The translations under genes were made by a program, and so were the position numbers. Below, piece by piece: positions 62,601 to 64,000 of a stretch of DNA of 64,000 nt (position 1 is the first letter of the stretch; each line of letters begins with the position of its first letter). The notes beneath the pieces were generated by a model. That model searched no databases. It was given only the letters and a program-made list of their open reading frames with translations, and was not told the origin of the DNA. The DNA comes from Deltaproteobacteria bacterium (GTDB lineage Bacteria > JAGRBM01 > JAHCIT01), in NCBI GenBank assembly GCA_026129095.1, contig JAHCIT010000006.1, positions 1-64,000 on the forward strand, written 5' to 3'.

Positions 62601-64000
62601 TATGGACGCTGGAGAACACCGCTATGCCCGCCGAAACCGTCACCGGATTTACCGCCACATCCAGCGTGGCCGCGCCGCCGCTCGGATCGATATCGAACCC
62701 CAGCGTGATCTCGGTCGCAAAGTCGGTATCCACAAGGTTGTCATGGAAGTCCCGGACCTCCACTTCCACGCTCTGGCTCTGGTCGGTCGTGCGGTTGCCC
62801 GGCTGGGTGACGAACGCCATCCGGTCCGGAACACCGGGAGTGATGTCGAAGGGATCGGTTACATCACTTCCGAGACCGGAAGCCGTTGCTTCCAGCGTGT
62901 ATCCGGAGCCTGTCCTGTTCAGTGCCACCGAGACGAAGGTCGCGCTGCCGCCCGTGGCCATCACCGGATTGGCGGACACACTGAGAGTTGAGCCGCCCGG
63001 ATTGTCGAAGATGGCGAGGGTGATTTCGGTCGTGTTGTCCGAGGAAGCCAGGTTGCCGTACCCGTCCCGCACCTCGACCGTGAGGGACTGGGAGTTGTCC
63101 GTCGAGCGATTAACAGGCTGTGAGAAGAAGACCAGGTGATCGGCCGCGCCGTGCGTGATATCGAAAGAACCCGATGTCGCGGGCAGCAGCAGCGGCGGCA
63201 CCGCATCGGCGCGCAGGGTGTAACCCACGCCCGCCTTATCCAGCCGGACATCAACAAAATCCACCAGACCGGCATCCGCCGTTTCCGGATTGACAATCAC
63301 CGAGAGCGAGGACGCACCGGGGTTATCCTGGATTGAAAGGGAAACCACCGTCGTGCTGTCGCTCGTTACCCGGTTACCCTGCTGGTCCTCGATCTGGACG
63401 GAAACACCCTGCACATTGTCCGCTGTTGAATTCGCCGGGCCGCTGAAGAAACCGAGCCGGAACGCCACGCCGTGCGTGATGTTAAACGGAGCCGAGACAT
63501 CGGGGGTCAGCACCGGAACCGAATCGGCCCGCAGCGTGTAGGCACTGCCCACCCGGTTCAGGTGAACATCCACGAATGCCACCACGCCAGCCGCTGCCGT
63601 CACGGGATTATCAGCCATGGTCAGCGTCGATCCGCCGGTATTGTCCTGGAAGGCGAGCGTCACCTGGGTCGTGCTGTCCGTGTCAACCACGTTGTCGTTG
63701 GCATCACGGATCTCGACCGTCACGTTCTGCACGTCGTCGGCCGTCACGCCGGCCGGACCGCTCACGAAGGCGAGCTTCGTGGCCGCACTGGCGGTAATGT
63801 CGAATGGATCGGAAACGCCGGGAATCAGCAGCCCGGAACCGGCTTCCAGCGTATAACCGGTCCCAGTCTTGTCCAGATTCACGCCGGTAAAGACCGCTAC
63901 ACCTCCCGTGGCATCAAGCGGGTTTTCATCGGCCGTGATGAGCGCGCCGCCGGGATTGTCAAAAATGAGCAGTTCGACGGTGGCGGTGGAATCCGGCCCG
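41686..64000 (-). CDS. Giant multidomain extracellular protein (adhesin-like), 5'-truncated by the window, at least 7,437 aa
   Basis: 7398-aa ORF; the frame stays open for 39 more codons to the window edge (GPDSTATVELLIFDNPGGALITADENPLDATGGVAVFTG) and matches the Ig-like repeat; stop TAG at 41686-41688. Confidence 0.95.
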   Translation of the reverse strand, partial: GPDSTATVELLIFDNPGGALITADENPLDATGGVAVFTGVNLDKTGTGYTLEAGSGLLIPGVSDPFDITASAATKLAFVSGPAGVTADDVQNVTVEIRDANDNVVDTDSTTQVTLAFQDNTGGSTLTMADNPVTAAAGVVAFVDVHLNRVGSAYTLRADSVPVLTPDVSAPFNITHGVAFRLGFFSGPANSTADNVQGVSVQIEDQQGNRVTSDSTTVVSLSIQDNPGASSLSVIVNPETADAGLVDFVDVRLDKAGVGYTLRADAVPPLLLPATSGSFDITHGAADHLVFFSQPVNRSTDNSQSLTVEVRDGYGNLASSDNTTEITLAIFDNPGGSTLSVSANPVMATGGSATFVSVALNRTGSGYTLEATASGLGSDVTDPFDITPGVPDRMAFVTQPGNRTTDQSQSVEVEVRDFHDNLVDTDFATEITLGFDIDPSGGAATLDVAVNPVTVSAGIAVFSSVHIDKAFTGYALEALSSPPLTPASSDYFDITHGAASALVFTTQPVTTQAGSPLLPVVEVRDGYGNTVTTGPDAVADITLSLWSGSGVLSGTVTKAPSAGIASWVPGDSLNIAIVGSKVLQAQQGPRTMSSAAFDITVGDPAQLAFVQQPITVTADDTQMVSAQVQDAYGNDVTGPFRPVPVQVAAGFHRYCVLLSNGNVKCWGYNTNGQLGLGDTAHRGDNGGEMGDNLPTVSLGTGRTAIKLASGSDHTCAILDNGALKCWGNNSFGQLGLGDFVTRGDGPGEMSDNLPAVDLGTGRTAMDLAAGSYHTCALLDNQTVKCWGEAGNGQLGLGDTVDRGIGPGEMGDSLPTVVLGTGRTAISLVAGQYHTCALLDNQTVKCWGNNTNGQLGLGDTAHRGDNGGEMGDNLPVVSLGTGRTAISLVAGQSHTCAILDNGDVKCWGWNSSGQLGLGDTANRGDGPGEMGDSLPSVNLGAGRTATHLSLGYYHTCAVLDDVTTKCWGYNTNGQLGLGDMVDRGDGPGEMGDSLPVLDLGTGRTVTKLAAHTASSCAILDNFNVKCWGANANGQLGLGDTAHRGDQPGEMGDNLPAVDLGGTGIPAPAITLVLQDNPGGSTLSAETNPVPATNGLAVFNQVHLDRVASGYRLRVTSPGLTDADSDLFNITHGAAAQVGFVAPAPGQMGPITAGVTWDSFSAAIQDAYGNTVTTGIFSTATVLLELDSGISNLTGTTSGIATAGVVDFTDISYEVAEGISIKVTSPALPGGDSDPLPVTIVPDAASRLAFPFPPANSSAGITQNITVFIEDTFGNLVTTDNATEITLAIYDNPGGSTLSIAGGPSKIASAGEVEFLSVHVNKTGIGYTLEATSVPPLVPDVSDPFDITHGPGDHVVFTVQPVNTAAGGFLLPEVEIRDAYDNTVTTGPDSTLTVALALQSGTGALNGNTSIPATAGVATWSVGHALTIDMAGQKTLRATAGGLTFADSGSFDITHGVASALAFTTQPVATQAGSPLLPVVEVRDGYGNTVTTGPDSVADITLSLWSGSGSLSGTVTVAPVAGVASWVPGDSLSIDITGSKVLQAQQGPRTMSSAAFDITPGDPAQLLFIQQPVTVTADDTQMVSAEIRDAFGNQVTGPFRPVPSQVTASGFFTCTIIDNGAVKCWGHNQHGQLGLGDTQDRGDGPGEMGDSLPDVDLGTGRTAVQLAMGNFHACALLDNGTVKCWGRNIGGQLGLGDTQNRGDGPGEMGDSLPAVDLGTGRTAVQLAAGFGHTCAILDNGTVKCWGGSLNGALGLGDMQDRGDGPGEMGDSLPAVNLGTGRTAVQLKAGDSHTCAVLDNGSAKCWGRNDRGQLGLGDTDDRGDGPGEMGDNLPALDLGTGRTVLKLVSGVVHNCAVLDNGVLKCWGSNLFGELGLGDTQNRGDGPGEMGDNLPSVDMGTGRAVARLASGNSHTCALLDNETVKCWGSNSNGALGLEDMQDRGDGPGEMGDNLPVVNLGTGRTAIRLAAGSGHSCAILDDRTVKCWGYNFNGQLGLGDALLRGATPGTMGDILPAVDLGGSGDPLPPLVTLAIEVNPAGSALTALENPVYAANGLAVFNQVHLDKVGSNYMLRVTSPGLAYDDSSLFNITRGAPAQLAFFLQPTNRTADQDPDVGVSVHDQYGNLVDDDSTTEVTLAFDYDPTGGFASLTALVNPLTVSGGYAVFQDVHVDKAATGYTLLATSSPPLDLAISDPFDVTHGLANSLAFTGHPANRAAGALQSVEVEIHDDYGNTVLSDSSTQVSLTLMNNPVGATLSYDFDPVTASGGVAQFTGLWVDKVSSGYTLRASSVPAYGTADSDPFDITPGDPAALAVVQQPITVTADDTQMVSAQVRDAYGNDVTGPFRPMPVQVAVSGGGSGVRTCAVMSDHSLKCWGHNTNGALGLGDSVNRGGSPGQMGDNLPGVDLGTGLAAMQSAIGSDYSCVLFVDGTVKCWGTNNQGRLGLGDTTHRGTSPAHMGDALPFVNLGTGLTAVKIAAGPSNAGHTCAVMNDKSLKCWGTNGSGQLGLGDAGQRGSSPAHMGDSLPAVNLGTGRTVVDVALGTNHTCALLDNGQVKCWGINLYGQLGLGDTDNRGDGPGEMGDNLPAVDLGAGKTAIAVGAGQDHSCALLNDGNLKCWGRSPSGQLGLEDTVTRGDGPGEMGDNLPVVSLGTGRTVTGLAVSGSHTCVLLDNGSVKCWGDNASGQLGLGNTTTRGNAPGQMGDNLPAVNLGSGRTALALASGFSSNCAILDNHDLKCWGHNAWGQLGLGDVIGRGGTGGTMGDNLPAVDLGGSGNPPPPLVTLAIEWNPGAATLSAGTNPVFATNGLAVFNQVHLDKVGSNYMLRVTSPGLAYDDSNLFDVTPGAPARLAFTSGPISRTADQSQSVAVQVHDQHGNLVADDYSTEVTLAFDYDPTGGMAVLSTTINPKTVTGGFVFFLNTHVDIAASGYTLLATSSPPLDLAISNPFDVTPGADAYVRFGTFPSPTETAGGDWATFTGVVTDQYGNQSTTNGLDVTVELTSGTGSLNGTVTQPTTNGEATFDDISMTVSGSKNVELSVPGLTFDPPDYMVNVNPGPASNVTYVGGDAQTGDPGLTLDDPFVVRVTDAFGNGVAGELVTWTNLGEGILGAPIPDYTDSDGLSSIYLTLDVTYPATYLVEAEWNSNTVPFTAGYLDTDSDGIPDAYETNTGIWVSSTDTGTDPGNQDSDGDGLSDFIERATGIWGGATDPGTDPNEPDSDFDGLWDGYEDNGGTYFSAVMTGTDPNVPDTDGDGYFDGAENASLAFISPGNPGSDPNNPDTDGDGLCDGHEMTGSCNGTERQLDFIATETVSGHQLAPALAVMRNGSYVVAWSGPDGDQSGIYARKYDSAGRPVTTEILVNSTNTGDQIQPTIAVDDSGRFVVAWSDSRSGTYQIRLRRFDAAGNPVDNDVEAVGPDGNSRYQPAIATTSVTGQFVLAWRCDGCDTGSDIYARYWQPYPSQTTFAPVFQVNSVTAGNQGRPAIASLGLGRVAIAFEDDSGDALDIRVRGFSAPNNEAFAELTANTTTADIQNYPSISATSVSGDFVVAWASGNQDGSNSGVFARRFDMNGSPYAGEYQVNSYTLYDQTRPSVSVEHNSGDYLISWASWDQDGSGMFRVYGQRYQWNGTSVGPEFLMMQPSASGDMVKAGYLAGGDWVIVFEDTTGRDGDGNGVFVRQTRMTNPVDIDTDGDRLCDGLNVVGICTGSETALGTDPLNPDTDGDGLCDGTWVTGVCTGVEGSTQFVVNTMTAGFQGLASVAASPNGNWVAAWVDGTDIRAQLLVHSGEKTGGEIVVNSTSAGTQSQPDVAVSGDGDFVVVWMSDGQDGDLGGIYARVFGSDGSPKTGEIQVNATTAGDQSAPSVGVHRQTGDFTVAWQCENTCGSGWDVVARRFDRNGTPLTGEVVVHGTIANAQTKPDVAVDSWGLSFIVYSSHNGSDTDIRLSTMLPSSAIDTDMYLVNSVTGGTQDDPAIAMNAAGNFAVAWTSPDAASLGIRARIFDDSITPMSPDFAVNNEEFDFQRVPAIGMNRDDEIIVLWADLGGLDGDFYGIFAREFDSAGTAYGPQYQVNQITAGAQNNPAVAVSSSGRRFLAWESENADGSSYAVVGTILPTTDPLNADTDGDGLSDSAEIAFGTDPTSSDSDGDTVPDGVEIQNGTNPWNPDTDGDGLSDHMENIMGTDPLNPDSDGDGLLDSVETNTSVYNGPFDTGTDPNNPDTDFDGLKDGAETMTGTWVSPSNAGTNPFEPDTDADGLYDGEEAVGRPDGTFDTGQTEDIFRPGYVYAVAVTDVDSDGRLDLVLLEDDTPNNRIQVMLGQSGGGFAEGYSMDAGPNSTQMILADIDGDFVKDIVVNDTNSNTLRCWPGSSDVQGEFGTMRTNSLPDNVVHIALFSQLDVSGYPGLAVAHSSASGITVLGYDFSGNDCFDPVPVHTVSLSDQVLGLAVADLNDDGGYEDILLVNGSTNRLQWVANDSSGQFGPVQTLLEGASFNPPMTLHGHVRVAGLDGNDRPDVLFTGQIGVNHFVAAGYQPGGSGPGVPVRFARVAQLGTAPTLTETTGIFAGDLSGDGRPDVIVGRVAFEAEIFRGEGIFGRPTGELVSDNALSGTSDSRSFVLADFNGDGAADLVVADTSGVKIIPANTVGLGYSSDPNNEDTDGDFLCDGSVVTGICSGTESGWDTDPLNPDTDGDWLSDSDELYITFTDPTDPDSDRDLVPDGAELPGEGMDPLLPGYSLTASPQSLEYFGNVVVTNPVIRWLPRSEDVPVVAFSRHEVLAGVPQPAETQVRRSLNGGVVFSANVVGSHDPDGEIDVAAATSRFLNDYYAVFTALSPTSPWDNDIMFLRSQNGAQSFDSLNLTNHSGGWSGHTPAVAASGARVAVAFHEVDDTGTDDAIQVQVSNNRGQSFTTTGWPYWFSGGSTASQPDIAVAENGDIAVVYVANYGGYGQVEIACSTDGGSGYTAAFDVSADPASNHTSPRIAALHNGGGWAVVWLRVGVNGPEVWFAVVGDECSSTFTGQIEVTPSLETESRGPSVAVGPRNQLYLGWEQRRSNVPDEKEADFYLARSYDGGFTWALTKSVSPNIWQYGNGVSVAVDAAGRPTMAFTWVKADEMAGFTSIGLVIGGPDSDGDQYPDFAETNTGTMENFRDVGTDPALSDTDSDGLPDGWEVHYGINPHLWDTDGDGLPDGGEVVRRNLDGKFEMAAQYNTGTHALSGPRYMATGDFNLDGRQDIAVAGGNNVMLVYSGDGTGQFTGPAQYTLGSSTTAGIEMADMNRDGFMDLVVFYQAGQFQVFYGCAGISSPLAGCLGVGQFEAGVLHNSTGAGGITSGGVIDLNGDSNLDIMMAYGVLGQIRTFTATGFNSWPGSPVTPYDNGGFEPLGFAYVADVNRDGLKDIYFPETESGYVHTLPLCGAVQPVSGCSAGTGQPGNSFGALQSRPVSDELADVMMADINADLVPDLVSLMRDSQKVQTRMQGGINGRGTLEFANTGFQDLDLNPAVTPSWFTMADLDQNGALDIIIPGGSSETRMQVFYGHVDEQGGAYGLPNGNYHISPRQYELASYDFDRVSVADFNGDGVPDLALANWMYNELVVMLGEAQFSRRSDPALADSDGDGLCDGYVAVGACAGAENDFRESKMISIGAEHVCARETDRSDWPGALWCWGGNLYGQLGYGDTTPRGDDPGEMSSLPNVLLGSGATSEMVTAGGYHNCAIRPGGSVKCWGRNTSGELGQGTTNHMGDGPGEMSNNLPVTNLGTGQSATFIDAGSSHTCAILASGQVKCWGINSSGELGLGDVNNRGDNGGEMGDNLPFVDLGTGRTAVQVSAGNNHTCAILDDGSVKCWGFGMQGRLGYEDGVSRGDGPGEMGDNLPVVNLGTGRTAVQIVAGGGHTCALLDNGGVKCWGYNAYGISGQGDTNDRGDNAGEMGDGLPYVDFGTGRRARHISASGISAHTCALLDNGKVKCWGRNHFGQLGIGDTQNRGDSPGEMGDNLPYVDLDGEVVMVSTGGVTSCGILRDGRVKCWGMNNQGQLGVGDWQHRGDNPGEMGAALKAATPPAVSGFVHYTDPALSDSDGDGQCDGPVNTPWCQGLDPDPLDPWIFNEPFGDNIGAVVNLDTTGDSVAQYTGRFDARGDIDTFYLQGLRAGQVVKLNVQLLEPGSVGVKLVDSTEGMILDIPGPGDQANGNWTVQVPHDNQDYTLTLYYQIPPGNSFAPSDYELSLDVSGYAIQSGGGDTSPGTLRFGMETLPGLISGPLTVRPGAVSQVVLAVTASYNDEDDFTLDGMGQLQISKTDSAFNALYIEPVSGAPHITIRGIELDAVSSWNLIVVYIGGQASGVDIHGNSFRFNVPVSGTSPAIWLGSANTDFYGNRVSANFRGDGIVYVAGDGLMQVRDNNIAVRDGSGGVIRQEAMTGDVRIENNRITMYDPFSTSMGVRVVEMPGSLNITGNSVTCMGSTNVQGFRTEFSVNDVRFARNTVSGCQNGFLIQDENTVIEDNHLVYNDTGIFLTGSASNTVIRRNRIDLTDHDGNGVWNDGELTKIVGNTFIGGHSPGNHIYMNSANTAGTLIAGNLFRGMVTTPAQGIYVAIGAATGNSFPDPANTVIVANNTFAYMDPAIEWASPTGNAPGIDLRNNIFSGSQNEALIFHPTAFTPGTSHASSNVFIANGSDCIAYSSPNFCTQNSLDSISYPWNQSPEFADEASGDFSLDASYPSPYFDLGDANPVILREIEKYLPDIRLATAATSVVRDVWSTTSFSGGSELHPESGRYDGMWIRFTSGAGTGQYRQISWYDGSGREFNFAGPVSFDPGDHFEIFKATPVINVLNGGLRIEGHNSLSFQIDYYTGKWLRCIRVGGTGCVDGEMRKVVSYNGTSKYLDLDFAFSTSPDGDDLLEFVVAPEPGFWQDSQTSQGGGGSHDGSGIRAYFSRRAAPVGEPVQLHLTLKFHVLEASEAWDTVFLTLPQFVGGNCTTQKVNGVGTGCGSFMEQDVMMVPISGNIDPQTWEQTVELFLEVGSDEFDGKGMKDIQVAVGSSYHFSGFPRSPVPVIPESERWGTKIRFGDDPRPAVFNGMFPPYHADFVDSTSTAVSAITSVNPAVPTQGLFLYTDYPWPVLTSRAILNNAGETQEYQLGYSSLNAMVQPIGIAREAQYLTPLNYSDSNVIFGAFVAGPVAFRSQPGFTVGHSYVLRSADIRKVTANAFPVSLMQSTDVTGLSGCTGGNMRSIAVTETAWNHQTTSPVTQGAIAAICNSGGSPNTLHMWPENQTAPNSGNVLFNALSLGGPPFNFHNDVDVRISAWTGPALSGAAHSGDLVMLGAETANASKYKLMVWDQYTNGSGGDIRSVAMIPPGTWMGGDPKEIVYHPMTGTVFVLVSDSIDFAEVVELDLGGRVLGRWSLAQVIYPDGDMTLFEPIGIASAPMPNNIADDARSHGVPLFITANDWNFGQDRLVHVLLPR
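43880..45730 (-). other. PPC-like beta-sandwich followed by a right-handed parallel beta-helix within the giant protein
   Basis: GRFDARGDIDTFYL; DTSPGTLR cap, then recurring I.GN/I.NN/V.NN rungs ending SPEFAD..GDFSL...SP..DLG. Confidence 0.7.
45890..47135 (-). repeat. RCC1/BLIP-II-type propeller 4 (7 repeats)
   Basis: Same 60-aa repeat x7. Confidence 0.9.
47235..51240 (-). repeat. Two FG-GAP/VCBS domains (about 50105-51240 and 47235-48455) around a BNR/Asp-box domain (about 48670-49830)
   Basis: ADFNGDG.PDL, DVDSDGRLDL, DFNLDGRQDI; Asp-boxes SLNGG, SQNGAQSF, SNNRGQSF, STDGGSGY, SYDGGFTW. Confidence 0.8.
51695..54110 (-). repeat. Two 'P.VA....G.FVVAW...DG...GI(Y/F)AR.F...E.QVN' repeat domains, probable beta-propellers (about 52985-54110 and 51695-52800)
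   Basis: About 60-aa repeat, 6 per domain by eye, separated by DTDGD linkers. Confidence 0.7.
55697..56965 (-). repeat. RCC1/BLIP-II-type propeller 3 (7 repeats)
   Basis: Same repeat x7 with RG.SPAHMGD variants. Confidence 0.9.
57950..59200 (-). repeat. RCC1/BLIP-II-type propeller 2 (7 repeats)
   Basis: Same 60-aa repeat x7. Confidence 0.9.
60820..62070 (-). repeat. RCC1/BLIP-II-type propeller 1 (7 x 60 aa, 180-bp period)
   Basis: HTCA.LDN..VKCWG.N..GQLGLGD...RGD.PGEMGD.LP.V.LGTGRTA x7. Confidence 0.9.

Larger units (their letters stand above)
54560..64000 (-). repeat. Stalk of about 17 complete plus 1 partial bacterial Ig-like repeats (about 110 aa), three interrupted by RCC1 cassettes
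   Basis: Recurring L.F..QP...V.V.D.YGN.V...TL...G.A.F..V..DK...YTL.A.S...S..FDIT.G. Confidence 0.85.

Overview
GC-rich bacterial chromosome; the gene repertoire and protein styles suggest a Deltaproteobacteria/Myxococcota-like organism (inference). (1) 1-2805: right end of an integrative element (Zn-finger/HTH gene, excisionase, tyrosine integrase) at the 3' end of tRNA-Gln(CTG); the integrase frame runs across the attachment region and stops inside the tRNA. (2) 3-41 kb: mostly housekeeping and lipid-metabolism genes: rmuC, a TetR plus ferritin-like diiron pair with a visible operator-like palindrome, fur, skp, a glpA-glpB-2x alkyl-DHAP-synthase-like-FeS(CCG)-lipid kinase operon, a TM-GAF-GAF-GGDEF cyclase, a CLC-F fluoride exporter, an HTTM protein, rel/spoT, NUDIX, ALDH, two acyl-CoA dehydrogenases, ccr, a Tat/GMC oxidoreductase pair and a thiolase. 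(3) 41686 to beyond 64000: one uninterrupted minus-strand ORF of at least 7,437 codons whose 5' end is outside the window, encoding a giant extracellular protein. Its architecture is nested: whole beta-propellers (four RCC1/BLIP-II-type, two FG-GAP, two 'FVVAW' type) are inserted at fixed sites inside Ig-like and TSP3-like stalk repeats, the RCC1 cassettes have DNA-identical flanks, and their blades are mosaics with hypervariable surface loops. The giant gene and the candidate ether-lipid operon are the strongest leads. All calls come from reading motifs by eye; no searches were run.
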